From contig OZ360241.1 of the NCBI GenBank assembly GCA_977017645.1, positions 34,162,001-34,226,000 on the forward strand: a stretch of 64,000 nucleotides of DNA, written 5' to 3'. The DNA is from Torpedo marmorata. Lineage: Eukaryota. The notes under the pieces are model-generated. The model had not been told where the DNA came from, did not search any database, and saw only the letters and a list, made by a program, of their open reading frames with translations. Position numbers and translations under genes: made by a program. Of this stretch, positions 27,001-42,000 are shown piece by piece; the stretch's first letter is position 1; the number at the start of each line of letters is the position of its first letter.

Positions 27001-30000
27001 ATTGAATGTTATTTTTAATAGATTGCAAATTTCTAGTTATAATTAAGCTTTTATATTTATTTTTGACTTTTAAGTTAACATTTTAAATTTTGGTTTAAGT
27101 TAGCGTTTAAATTCACTGGTACCATATCTCCATATCATTTATAAAGTGATCCAATTATAATAATTAGCATTACTCTAACAGCAAATTTAAATCAGGGCTC
27201 ATGAAAAATAGAGAACTCCAAATGTGATAAATCTGAAATAAAAATTGAGCATGTTTAAACAGTCAACAGATCAAGTAACACATGTGGAAAGAGAAAAGAA
27301 AGATCTTCCACCTGACATGCAATGCGAAAAAGTGCTGGAGAAACACAGCAGGTCACGCAGAATCCATGTGAAGTAAAGGGTAAACAATGTTTCAGGCCTG
27401 GGCCCTTCATCAGGAATCGTTGGTTACCCGTTACTTTCTTTGGATGCTATGTGGCCTGCTGAGTTTGCGTTCTGCACTCAATTCCAGCATCCGCAGATTT
27501 TCTTGTTTCGCCCCAATCTTCCACCTGAAGCATTTTTCCACAGATGTTGCTGTGTTTCCAGCATTTTTGGTTTTATTATAAAACATGGCCATATTTGAGA
27601 ATATAACCAGTGTATCATAATGACATCTTTATTCCCACAATCAGTAATGATCTATCCACTAAGCCATCAGATTTTGTGCATAAAATTGTCAAATATTTAA
27701 GTTATGAAAACCATCCTTAAATAAAATCAACCACCTATGAAGTGCATGAATGTAATTAGTTAAATAATTTTCATTTTAATATCCTCCAGTTTTTCCTATA
27801 TTTCATAATTATCATAATCACCAGTTCTGATGAAGTCTCCTTCACCAGAAGTGCTGTTTCTCTTCCCTCTGCTGCTGTCTGACCTGCGAACTAAAAGAGT
27901 GCAGCATTTTCTGTTTTAGTTTTCCAGGATCTACAGTTTTATGCTCCAAATAAAATGTTCTTGTTTGGCAGTGCTACAAGCAGTCACAAGACCAAAGTGC
28001 ATGCAGTCTGTACATTCAACAATACTTCTGCTGCGGAGAATGTGGATAGAGTAATGGTGTATCATCAGATCAGTAACAAGACAAAGAACATCAGTGTTTT
28101 GGGACCCTATACTCTGGACAACAACAGCCTCCATGTAAATGGTACGAAATACCTGGTCTTTTTTTGAATTATATCCTGGAAATCATATTGTAACCTCAGA
28201 TAATATATTAATGTGTTGAATCATTTTTACTCTTATATTTCCAAATAGAATTCTTGCATTAATCAGTGATCCTTAATTCCAGACTCCGTAACCAGCAAAA
28301 ACATTTCCTATCCATTCCATGAGTCCTCCTACTGCCTTGATATGGCAATCAAATCAAACCTTGACCTTTTTGTTTGTGTAATCTCTATCTATAAACTAAC
28401 CCCAGAAGTCAGGTTTCATTCCAGTAAAAATGTGTTTTTTCCCAATCAAGGTGAATATAACCCTGAATATAACTTTTGCAAGGTGTAGTTAGTGTTTTCA
28501 AAAATCTCGGCATTGTCCAACCATGGATTTGCACAATAAAGCACAACTTCTATCCCCTGTGTTCTAGTTTTCTGCGTATAAAAGTATCACTGGCCTTACC
28601 TGTTATTATCTGTTCTTGCCCATAACATTTGAAGTAGGCCGAGGTAGATGAACAACAAAACAATACTGCTGCAGAGAAGGTGGATGGAGTTACCTTGTAC
28701 CATCAGTTCAGTAGCAACACAGAGAACATCATGAAATATGGATCTTATATTCTGAATGAAAATAGTCTCGACGTAGATAGTACGAAATTTCTTATCATTC
28801 TACATATTACAGCAAAGCTTGTTCCAGAATATGTCCAGCAATGTGCCTTTCATTAAACTGTGTGCTGATTTGGTAGTGTTACCTTCCAACTGAATCCCCT
28901 TGAATTCCACTTCCCCACTGGGAGTGCAGTGCTGCATTATTCGTGTGAAAGAAAGGGCTAGTGCAGGTTGGGAAACTTGACTTTTACAAGCAAACTGAAT
29001 TAAAAACTACTGATGCCAGCTGAGAGCAACGTTCAGTATAAGCAAAGTTGCGAGAGTTTCCAATAAACAAGACTGGTACCCCGTTTACACAGAGATCCCA
29101 CTTAGTTGCATGTGAACGACCCATGTTTAAAGCCAGGTCGGGTCGTACACACTTAATGAAGGAAAGCTATTGACGAATTCATCAGACACTTCATGAGGAA
29201 TGTAAAAACAATTAAACCAGCTTGTCTGCTTTCTACTGTACAATATAAAAATGAACTTTTAACTGCTGAAATTTAGAGTTGGTGGTGGTTTAGGCCACTG
29301 CAGGCTCTCCATGATATCATTTTAATAAACTCGAGGAGCGAACCTCGATGTATATGTTTTTGAGTGAATTTGTGCAACAATTCATTTGAGGTTTTTCACA
29401 TGTGCACAAAGTCTTCTTGGTTTGATAGAATTAGTGCACCAAATGTAGAAAGTGTTTGACATCAGATTCAGGACAGCTGTAATTAATGGCATAATGCTGT
29501 TGTCTTTTCAGATTATCATGAATCAACACCTACAACCAGTGAGTATGATTTGTGTTGCTTTCATGTATTAATGCTTCCATACTTTCATTTAAGCAGCACT
29601 CCTGATTGATGATGTATGTTGTTTCCCCTTATAGCTCCATGTGAATTGGATTTTGCTCTCTTGTGTGTCGAACAACCATTCAGTTAGATTATAGTTTGAA
29701 AGTGCCAAACAAAGCCGCAATGCAACAAGGTTGCTAATTTCATTTTTCTTTTTGGCAGAAGTACCAAATAAAAGTGAATCTCCTGAATTTAATGTGACCT
29801 TCACTATAACAAACTTGCCCTACATGGAGTCACTTCAGAACCCGGCGACACCCTTGTTCCAATCAACTTCACAAACAATTACTGAACAGGTAAATAAATG
29901 ATCAAAGCAATATTCATTAAAATTAATCGTCATTTAATATATTCAGCTCATTGACATTCTCAAAATATCTTTCTTTCAGCTCACTAACCTACTTAATAAC

Positions 30001-33000
30001 AGCGATATAAATACAACTTTTATAGACTGCAACACAATCTCCTTCAGGTGAGAAATATGCATTATCTTCCTCATTGTTCAATTAACTAATCTATCCAATA
30101 AGCGTCAGGATGGAGGGATCCATCATGTGTTCGGATCTGAAACGTTGACTGACCACATCTCTCCATGGATGCTGCCTGACCCACGGAGTCCCTCCAGCTC
30201 CTCTTTGTTCACTCAAGATTCCAGCATCTGCAGTGTTTGTGCATCTCTTCATCGGGAATCTCATCCTTGTCTCAGTGTTTCCTTCTGTACAATTATTTTG
30301 TTTCATTTCATTTACTTTCTCCAATGTGTTTGACCTGACTTCTCTGAAATTTCACTCCTCTCTTAAATGGTTGATTGCTTCAGAATTAATTATCATTTCT
30401 GGATTTACTTTCCAATCTTTAATATAACTTTAAAATATTTCTCCATCTGCTTCCTTTACATATTTCCAAAACTTCCTACATTAACAATTTTCATTAATAA
30501 ATTCAAAATCGGATGCATGCCACATTAATATTTACTTTCCTGCCTCCAAGGGACATTAAAAACTTCCAGCTAAGCATTTTTTTTTCATCAGACTCTGCTA
30601 CTTACTCCAACTTTCTCTTTCAAATACCATACTTTTTATTATTGAATGTTATTTTTAATAGATTGCAAATTTCTAGTTATAATTAAGCTTTTATATTTAT
30701 TTTTGACTTTTAAGTTAACATTTTAAATTTTGGTTTAAGTTAGCGTTTAAATTCACTGGTACCATATCTCCATATCATTTATAAAGTGATCCAATTATAA
30801 TAATTAGCATTACTGTAACAGCAAATTTAAATCAGGGCTCATGAAAAATAGAGAACTCCAAATGTGATAAATCTGAAATAAAAATTGAGCATGTTTAAAC
30901 AGTCAACAGATCAAGTAACACATGTGGAAAGAGAAAAGAAAGATCTTCCACCTGACATGCAATGCGAAAAAGTGCTGGAGAAACACAGCAGGTCACGCAG
31001 AATCCATATGAAGTAAAGGGTAAACAATGTTTCAGGCCTGGGCCCTTCATCAGGAATCGTTGGTTACCCGTTACTTTCTTTGGATGCTGTGTGGCCTGCT
31101 GAGTTTGCGTTCTGCACTCAATTCCAGCATCCGAAGATTTTCTTGTTTCGCCCCAATCTTCCACCTGAAGCATTTTTCCACAGATGTTGCTGTGTTTCCA
31201 GCATTTTTGGTTTTATTATAAAACATGGCCATATTTGAGAAAAAAACCAGTGTATCATAATGACATCTTTATTCCCACAATCAGTAATGATCTATCCACT
31301 AAGCCATCAGATTTTGTGCATAAAATTGTCAAATATTTAAGTTATGAAAACCATCCTTAAATAAAATCAACCACCTATGAAGTGCATGAATGTAATTAGT
31401 TAAATAATTTTCATTTTAATATCCTCCAGTTTTTCCTATATTTCATAATTATCATAATCACCAATTCTGATGAAGTCTCCTTCACCAGAAGTGCTGTTTC
31501 TCTTCCCTCTGCTGCTGTCTGACCTGCGAACTAAAAGAGTGCAGCATTTTCTGTTTTAGTTTTCCAGGATCTACAGTTTTATGCTCCAAATAAAATGTTC
31601 TTGTTTGGCAGTGCTACAAGCAGTCACAAGACCAAAGTGCATGCAGTCTGTACATTCAACAATACTTCTACTGCGGAGAATGTGGATAGAGTAATGGTGT
31701 ATCATCAGATCAGTAACAAGACAAAGAACATCAGTGTTTTGGGACCCTATACTCTGGACAACAACAGCCTCCATGTAAATGGTACGAAATACCTGGTCTT
31801 TTTTTGCATTATATCCTGGAAACCATATTGTAACCTCAGATAATATATTAATGTGTTGAATCATTTTTACTCTTATATTTCCAAATGGAATTCTTGCATT
31901 AATCAGTGATCCTTAATTCCCGACTCCGTAACCAGCAAAAACATTTCCTATCCATTCCATGAGTCCTCCTACTGCCTTGACATGGCAATCAAATCAAACC
32001 TTGACCTTTTTGTTTGTGTAATCTCTATCTATAAACTAACCCCAGAAGTCAGGTTTCATTCCAGTAAAAATGTGTTTTTTCCCAATCAAGGTGAATATAA
32101 CCCTGAATATAACTTTTGCAAGGTGTAGTTAGTGTTTTCAAAAATCTCGGCATTGTCCAACCATGGATTTGCACAATAAAGCACAACTTCTATCCCCTGT
32201 GTTCTAGTTTTCTGCATATAAAAGTATCACTGGCCTTACCTCTTATTATCTGTTCTTGCCCATAACATTTGAAGTAGGCCGAGGTAGATGAACAACAAAA
32301 CAATACTGCTGCAGAGAAGGTGGATGGAGTTACCTTGTACCATCAGTTCAGTAGCAACACAGAGAACATCATGAAATATGGATCTTATATTCTGAATGAA
32401 AATAGTCTCGACGTAGATAGTACGAAAATTCTTATCATTCTACATATTACAGCAAAGCTTGTTCCAGAATATGTCCAGCAATGTGCCTTTCATTAAACTG
32501 TGTGCTGATTTGGTAGTGTTACCTTCCAACTGAATCCCCTTGAATTCCAATTCCCCACTGGGAGTGCAGTGCTGCATTATTCGTGTGAAAGAAAGGGCTA
32601 GTGCAGGTTGGGAAACTTGACTTTTACAAGCAAACTGAATTAAAAACTACTGATGCCAGCTGAGAGCAACGTTCAGTATAAGCAAAGTTGCGAGAGTTTC
32701 CAATAAACAAGACTGGTACCCCTTTTACACAGAGATCCCACTTAGTGGCATGTGAACGACCCGTGTTTAAAGCCAGGTCGGGTCGTTCACACTTAATGAA
32801 GGAAAGCTGGGTCAGTGCGACCATTTACATAGCAACACGGCATCCGGAGCAAAAGGAGGTGGGACCTGCAGCATTACAGCGTCGGTGTCCTGTGTGATGT
32901 ATAACGTACGCGCCGGGCAGTGACATCGTCGCGACCTCGTTACTGCCGTTTTAAGTTTGAATCTCTCGCTGGTATGTCGTACACATTCAGCGTCATCAAT

Positions 33001-36000
33001 GCGTCACAGCCTGCGAAATACATCGGCTCTGATACTACCTACCTTGGCGGGTAATACACGGGATGAAAATGACCTCCCATCCCGCGTTTGTTGTGTTCAC
33101 ACAGTTAAGTGAAACGGTTAAAAGGCAGTTAATTCCCGTCTTTTAACGGCTGTGTAAAAGGGGTATCGGTCTTAAGGAAGAAGTGTCTACATTAATTCTG
33201 TAAGACTGTTGAACATGTGAGACCAGACTGATTGATCATGGTTCCTAATAAGACTGATTACATTAATCTTGTTCAAACACTGTGAAGTATGGTGAAAGAC
33301 TGATTGAGTTAACCCATTGAAAAATTCATCAGACACCTCCTATTGATGAATTCATCAGACACTTCATAAGGAATGTAAAAACAATTAAACCAGCTTGTCT
33401 GCTTTCTACTGTACAATATAAAAATGAACTTGTAACTGCTGAAATTTAGAGTTGGTGGTGGTTTAGGCCACTGCAGGCTCTCCATGATATCATTTTAATA
33501 AACTCGAGGAGCGAACCTCGATGTATATGTTTTTGAGTGAATTTGTGCAACAATTCATTTGAGCTTTTTAACATGTGCACAAAGTCTTCTTGGTTTGATA
33601 GAATTAGTGCACCAAATGTAGAAAGTGTTTGACATCAGATTCAGGACAGCTGTAATTAATGGCATAATGCTGTTGTCTTTTCAGATTATCATGAATCAAC
33701 ACCTACAACCAGTGAGTATGATTTGTGTTGCTTTCATGTATTAATGCTTCCATACTTTCATTTAAGCAGCACTCCTGATTGATGATGTATGTTGTTTCCC
33801 CTTATAGCTCCATGTGAATTGGATTTTGCTCTCTTGTGTGTCGAACAACCATTCAGTTAGATTATAGTTTGAAAGTGCCAAACAAAGCCGCAATGCAACA
33901 AGGTTGCTAATTTCATTTTTCTTTTTGGCAGAAGTACCAAATAAAAGTGAATCTCCTGAATTTAATGTGACCTTCACTATAACAAACTTGCCCTACATGG
34001 AGTCACTTCAGAACCCGGCGACACCCTTGTTCCAATCAACTTCACAAACAATTACTGAACAGGTAAATAAATGATCAAAGCAATATTCATTAAAATTAAT
34101 CGTCATTTAATATATTCAGCTCATTGACATTCTCAAAATATCTTTCTTTCAGCTCACTAACCTACTTAATAACAGCGATATAAATACAACTTTTATAGAC
34201 TGCAACACAATCTCCTTCAGGTGAGAAATATGCATTATCTTCCTCATTGTTCAATTAACTAATCTATCCAATAAGCGTCAGGATGGAGGGATCCATCATG
34301 TGTTCGGATCTGAAACGTTGACTGACCACATCTCTCCATGGATGCTGCCTGACCCATGGAGTCCCTCCAGCTCCTCTTTGTTCACTCAAGATTCTAGCAT
34401 CTAAATATGGATTTGGGAATACTTTTATAAATTGGATTAAAACTATATATAAAGAACCTACAGCTAGAGTAATTACAAATGGTCAGATATCATCTAAATT
34501 CCCTTTGTTGATGTCAACAAGACAAGGATGTCCTTTATCACCTGCTTTATTTGTATTGGCAATAGAACCGTTGGCTGAAGTGATTAGGAAAGATATTAAT
34601 ATAAATGGGATTAAAGTAGGTGCAGAAGAACATAAAATTAGTTTATTTGCAGATGATGTATTAATATATATGACGAAATCTATTGGATCGCTTCAACAAT
34701 TAGCTAAGATATTGAGGGAGTATGGTGAGATATCTGGTTACAAAATAAATTCAGATAAGAGTGAAATAATGGCTTTATCTCAAGGAGATTATACTAAATG
34801 TAAAGAAGTTACAGGATTTAAATGGGCTAAAGAAGGAATTAAATATCTGGGAGTTAAAGTAGATACAAAATTGGAAAATTTATATAAATTAAATTATGTA
34901 CCTTTATTTCAGAAAATAAAGAAAGATTTGGAGAATTGGAAAGATTTACCTATTACCTTAATGGGAAGAGTGAATTGTATTAAAATGAATATTTTTCCAA
35001 GAGTTCAATATCTTTTTCAATCTATTCCTTTTGGAATTCCTCAAAATTTTTTAAAAGTTTTAAAAACTATTATTAGAAAATTTCTATGGAAAGGAAAATT
35101 AGCAAGAGTAAGTATGGATAAATTAACTTGGGAATACGAGATGGGTGGATTACAACTCCCCAATTTTCAATATTATTATAAGGCAGCTCAATTAAAGTTT
35201 ATTAATGAATTTTTTGATTTAACTAAATCTACTGCTTGGATTAATATAGAATTGAATAATATAGGGGAAAGATATAAAGAAGATATTATTTATAAATGGA
35301 ATTCTAAATTATTATTAGTTAAAAAGAAAAAATCACCGATTATTAAACATTTATTGGAAATCTGGACTCAGTTAGACAATGAGATAGGACGAAAAGGGTC
35401 ATTATCTCTGAATATGCCATTGTATCAGAATTTATTGTTACCTTTTTCTATTGATAATCAATTTTTAAAACTATGGTTTCAAAAAGGAATGAAGAAGATT
35501 AAAGATTGTTTTGAGGCTGGAAGATTTGTTACATTTTCTAGGTTGAAAGAAAAATTTGGAATAATGAATAATACAATTTTGGCTTACTATCAGGTTAGAG
35601 GATTTTTAGTTGAGAAATTGGGGAATCAATTAACAACTCCAAGACAGGATGGATTAGAATTATTAATTACTAATGGAAATGTTAACAAATTTATATCACA
35701 AATGTATAAATTACTTCAGAGAAAAATGCCTAAGGTAGGATTACATAAATCAAGATTAAGTTGGGAATCAGATTTAAATATTAATATAGATGAAAAACAT
35801 TGGAAAGAATTATGTAAATTGAGTATGACTAAAATTATTAATGTTAGATATAGATTAGTACAATATAATTTTTTTCATCAATTATATTTAACACCTAAAA
35901 AATTTCAAGAAATTTAACCCGGCACTATCAGATATGTGTTTTAGATGTAAGGATGAAATAGGTTCTTTTGTACACTGTACATGGTCATGTTTAAAAATTC

Positions 36001-39000
36001 AAAATTTTTGGTCTAAAGTTAAAGATTTTTTGGATAGAATTTTTAATATTACGGTTATTTGGAGATATTAAAAAATTTAGTATTAGAAATAGATTGAATA
36101 TGTATCAAATAGAATTTTTACGAATTGTCTTAGCGGTTTCAAAAAAATGTATCGCTATTACTTGGAAATCAGACCTAGATTTGAATTTAGATAGATTACA
36201 TGCAGAATTACGTTCTTGTATACCATTGGAAAAAATTACATATAATTTACGGAATAATTATCATTTCTTTTTGAAAATTTGGAGCCCATATATGAGAATT
36301 ATGGGTATGAATTAATTCTCTAGAAGTTGGTACCGCTGGCAAAAATAACCTCCAATATATAAATAGAATTAGCTTGTAATTTGTTTTCTCCTCACTTTAA
36401 CTCTTTAATTCTTTATTATTCAATTCTTTCTTTTTTTTCTTTATAACTAACATTCTTTTTTTTCTTCTTTTTTTTTTAGAATAGTGCTGGGGGGGTTGGG
36501 GAGGGGAGGGTGGGAGGGGGGGAGGTAATATATCACATGTATTTTGAATAAAATACTATTTTTGATTCATGTATTTTGTGATTTTAAAATTTAAATAAAA
36601 TTATTTAAAAAAAAAAAAAAAAGATTCCAGCATCTGCAGTGTTTGTGCATCTCTTCATCGGGAATCTCATCCTTGTCTCGGTGTTTCCTTCTGTACAATT
36701 ATTTTGTTTCATTTCATTTACTTTCTCCCATGTGTTTGACCTGACTTCTCTGAAATTTCACTCCTCTCTTAAATGGTTGATTACTTCAGAATTAATTATC
36801 ATTTCTGGATTTACTTTCCAATCTTTAATATAACTTTAAAATATTTCTCCATCTGCTTCCTTTACATATTTCCAAAAGTTCCTACATTAACAATTTTCAT
36901 TAATAAATTCAAAATCGGATGCATGCCACATTAATATTTACTTTCCTGCCTCCAAGGGACATTAAAAACTTCCAGCAAAGCATTTTTTTTTCATCAGACT
37001 CTGCCACTTACTCCAACTTTCTCTTTCAAATACCATACTTTTTATTATTGAATGTTATTTTTAATAGATTGCAAATTTCTAGTTATAATAAGGCTTTTAT
37101 ATTTATTTTTGACTTTTAAGTTAACATTTTAAATTTTGGTTTAAGTTAGCGTTTAAATTCACTGGTACCATATCTCCATATCATTTATAAAGTGATCCAA
37201 TTATATTAATTAGCATTACTGTAACAGCAAATTTAAATCAGGGCTCATGAAAAATAGAGAACTCCAAATGTGATAAATCTGAAATAAAAATTGAGCATGT
37301 TTAAACAGTCAACAGATCAAGTAACACATATGGAAAGAGAAAAGAAAGATCTTCCACCTGACATGTAATGCGCAAAAGTGCTGGAGAAACTCAGCAGGTC
37401 ACGCAGAATCCATGTGAAGTAAAGGGTAAACAATGTTTCAGGCCTGGGACCTTCATCAGGAATCGTTGGTTACCCGTTTCTTTCTTTGGATGCTGTGTGG
37501 CCTGCTGAGTTTGCGTTCTGCACTCAATTCCAGCATCCGCAGATTTTCTTGTTTAGCCCCAATCTTCCACCTGAAGCATTTTTCCACAGATGTTGCTGTG
37601 TTTCCAGCATTTTTGGTTTTATTATAAAACATGGCCATATTTGAGAAAAAAACCAGTGTATCATAATGACATCTTTATTCCCACAGTCAGTAATGATCTA
37701 TCCACTAAGCCATCAGATTTTGTGCATAAAATTGTCAATTATTTAAGTTATGAAAACCATCCTTAAATAAAATCAACCACCTATAAAGTGCATGAATGTA
37801 ATTAGTTAAATAATTTTCATTTTAATATCCTCCAGTTTTTCCTATATTTCATAATTATCATAATCACCAATTCTGATGAAGTCTCCTTCACCAGAAGTGC
37901 TGTTTCTCTTCCCTCTGCTGCTGTCTGACCTGCGAACTAAAAGAGTGCAGCATTTTCAGTTTTAGTTTTCCAGGATCTACAGTTTTATGCTCCAAATAAA
38001 ATGTTCTTGTTTGGCAGTGCTACAAGCAGTCACAAGACCAAAGTGCATGCAGTCTGTACATTCAACAATACTTCTGCTGTGGAGAATGTGGATAGAGTAA
38101 TGGTGTATCATCAGATCAGTAACAAGACAAAGAACATCAGTGTTTTGGGACCCTATACTCTGGACAACAACAGCCTCCATGTAAATGGTACGAAATACCT
38201 GGTCTTTTTTTGCATTATATCCTGGAAACCATATTGTAACCTCAGATAATATATTAATGTGTTGAATCATTTTTACTCTTATATTTCCAAATGGAATTCT
38301 TGCATTAATCAGTGATCCTTAATTCCCGACTCCGTAACCAGCAAAAACATTTCCTATCCATTCCATGAGTCCTCCTACTGCCTTGATATGGCAATCAAAT
38401 CAAACCTTGACCTTTTTGTTTGTGTAATCTCTATCTATAAACTAACCCCAGAAGTCAGGTTTCATTCCAGTAAAAATGTGTTTTTTCCCAATCAAGGTGA
38501 ATATAACCCTGAATATAACTTTTGCAAGGTGTAGTTAGTGTTTTCAAAAATCTCGGCATTGTCCAACCATGGATTTGCACAATAAAGCACAACTTCTATC
38601 CCCTGTGTTCTAGTTTTCTGCATATAAAAGTATCACTGGCCTTACCTCTTATTATCTGTTCTTGCCCATAACATTTGAAGTAGGCCGAGGTAGATGAACA
38701 ACAAAACAATACTGCTGCAGAGAAGGTGGATGGAGTTACCTTGTACCATCAGTTCAGTAGCAACACAGAGAACATCATGAAATATGGATCTTATATTCTG
38801 AATGAAAATAGTCTCGACGAAGATAGTACGAAATTTCTTATCATTCTACATATTACAGCAAAGCTTGTTCCAGAATATGTCCAGCAATGTGCCTTTCATT
38901 AAACTGTGTGCTGATTTGGTAGTGTTACCTTCCAACTGAATCCCCTTGAATTCCACTTCCCCACTGGGAGTGCAGTGCTGCATTATTCGTGTGAAAGAAA

Positions 39001-42000
39001 GGGCTAGTGCAGGTTGGGAAACTTGACTTTTACAAGCAAACTGAATTAAAAACTACTGATGCCAGCTGAGAGCAACGTTCAGTATAAGCAAAGTTGCGAG
39101 AGTTTCCAATAAACAAGACTGGTACCCCGTTTACACAGAGATCCCACTTAGTGGCATGTGAACGACCCATGTTTAAAGCCAGGTCGGGTCGTACACACTT
39201 AATGAAGGAAAGCTGGGTCAGTGCGACCATTTACATAGCAACACGGCATCCGGAGCAAAAGGAGGTGGGACCTGCAGCATTACAGCGTCGGTGTCCTGTG
39301 TGATGTATAACGTACGCGCCGGGCTGTGACTTGTCGCGACCTCGTTACTGCCGTTTTAAGTTTGAATCTCTCGCTGGTATGTCGCACACATTCAACGTCA
39401 TCAATGCGTCACAGCCTGTGAAATACATCGGCTCTGATACTACCTACCTTGGCGGGTAATACACGGGATGAAAATGACCCCCCCATCCCGCGTTTGTTGT
39501 GTTCACACAGGTAAGTGAAACGGTTAAAAGGCAGTTAATTCCCGTCTTTTAACGGCTGTGTAAAAGGGGTATCGGTCTTAAGGAAGAAGTGTCTACATTA
39601 ATTCTGTAAGACTGTTGAACATGTGAGACCAGACTGATTGATCATGGGTCCTGATAAGACTGATTACATTAATCTTGTTCAAACACTGTGAAGTATGGTG
39701 AAAGACTGATTGAGTTAACCCATTGAAAAATTCATCAGACACCTCCTATTGACGAATTCATCAGACACTTCATAAGGAATGTAAAAACAATTAAACCAGC
39801 TTGTCTGCTTTCTACTGTACAATATAAATATGAACTTGTAACTGCTGAAATTTAGAGTTGGTGGTGGTTTAGGCCACTGCAGGCTCTCCATGATATCATG
39901 TTAATAAACTCGAGGAGCGAACCACGATGTATATGTTTTTGAGTGAATTTGTGCAACATTTCATTTGAGCTTTTTAACATGTGCACAAAGTCTTCTTGGT
40001 TTGATAGAATTAGTGCACCAAATGTAGAAAGTGTTTGACATCAGCTTCAGGACAGCTGTAATTAATGGAATAATGCTGTTGTCTTTTCAGATTATCATGA
40101 ATCAACACCTACAACCAGTGAGTATGATTTGTGTTGCTTTCATGTATTAATGCTTCCATACTTTCATTTAAGCAGCACTCCTGATTGATGATGTATGTTG
40201 TTTCCCCTTATAGCTCCATGTGAATTGGATTTTGCTCTCTTGTGTGTGGAACAACCATTCAGTTAGATTATAGTTTGAAAGTGCCAAACAAAGCAGCAAT
40301 GCAACAATGTTTCTAATTTCATTTTTCTTTTTGGCAGAAGTACCAAATAAAAGTGAATATCCTGAATTTAATGTGACCTTCACTATAACAAACTTGCCCT
40401 ACATGGAGTCACTTCATAACCCGGCGACACCCTTGTTCCAATCAACTTCACAAACAATTACTGAACAGGTAAATGATCAAAGCAATATTCATTATAATTA
40501 ATCGTCATTTAATATATTCAGCTCATTGACATTCTCAAAATATCTTTCTTTCAGCTCACTAACCTACTTAATAACAGCGATATAAATACAACTTTTATAG
40601 ACTGCAACACAATCTCCTTCAGGTGAGAAATATACATTATTTTCCTCATTGTTCAATTAACTAATCTATGCAATAAGCGTCAGGATGGAGGGATCTATCA
40701 TGTGTTCGGAACTGAAACGTTGACTGACCACATCTCTCCATGGATGCTGCCTGACCCACGGAGTCCCTCCAGCTCCTCTTTGTTCACTCAAGATTCCAGC
40801 ATCTGCAGTGTTTGTGCATCTCTTCATCAGGAATCTCATCCTTGTCTCGGTGTTTCCTTCTGTAAAATTATTTTGTTTCATTTCATTTACTTTCTCCCAT
40901 GTGTTTGACCGGACTTCTCTAAAATTTCACTCCTCTCTTAAATGGTTGATTGCTTCAGAATTAATTATCATTTCTGGATTTACTTTCCAATCTTTAATAT
41001 AACTTTAAAATATTTCTCCAACTGCTTCCTTTTCAAATTTCCAAATGTTCCTACATTAACAATTTTCATTAATAAATTCAAAATCGGATGCATGCCACAT
41101 TAATATTTACTTTCCTGCCTCCAAGGGACATTAAAAACTTCCAGCAAAGCAATTTTTTTTTCATCAGACTCTGCCACTTACTCCAACTTTCTCTTTCAAA
41201 TACCATACTTTTTATTATTGAATGTTATTTAATAGATTGCAAATTTCTAGTGAAATTAAGCTTTTATTTTTATTTTTGACTTTTAAGTTAACATTTAAAA
41301 CTTTGGTTTAAGTTAGCATTTAAATTCACTGGTACCATATCTCCATATCATTTATAAAGTTATTCAATTATATTAATTAGCATTACTGTAACAGCAAAAT
41401 TAAATCAGGGCTCATGAAAAATAGAGAACTCCAAATGTGAGAAATCTGAAATAAAAATTGAGCATGTTTAAACAGTCAACAGATCAAGTAACACATGTGG
41501 AAAGAGAAAAGAAAGATCTTCCACCTGACATGCAATGTGCAAAAGTGCTGGAGAAACTCAGCAGGTCACGCAGCATCCATAGGAAGTAAAGGGTAAACAA
41601 TGTTTCAGACCTGGGCCCTTCATCAGGAATCGTAGGTTATCCGTTACTTTCTTTGGATGCTGTGTGGCCTGCTGAGTTTGCGTTCTGCACTCAATTCCAG
41701 TATCCGCAGATTTTCTTGTTCAGCACCAATCTTCCACCTGTAGCATTTTTCCACAGATGTTGCTGTGTTTCCAGCATTTTTGGTTTTATTATAAAACATG
41801 GCCATATTTGAGAATATAACCAGTGTATCATAATGACATCTTTATTCCCACAGTCAGTAATGATCTATCCACTAAGCCATGAGATTTTGTGCATAAAATT
41901 GTCAAATATTTAAGTTATGAAAACCATCCTTAAATAAAATCAACCACCTATGAAGTGCATGAATGTAGTTAGTGAAATAATTTCCATTTCAATAACCTCC

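Noticed and set aside
34505-35917. 470-aa RT ORF as a domesticated gene, retron or diversity-generating retroelement acting on the repeats
   Set aside because: It is a 5'-truncated L1 lacking the endonuclease and N-terminal RT motifs, with frameshifts, a poly(A) tail and a target duplication; unit variation is not confined to adenines or to a variable region.
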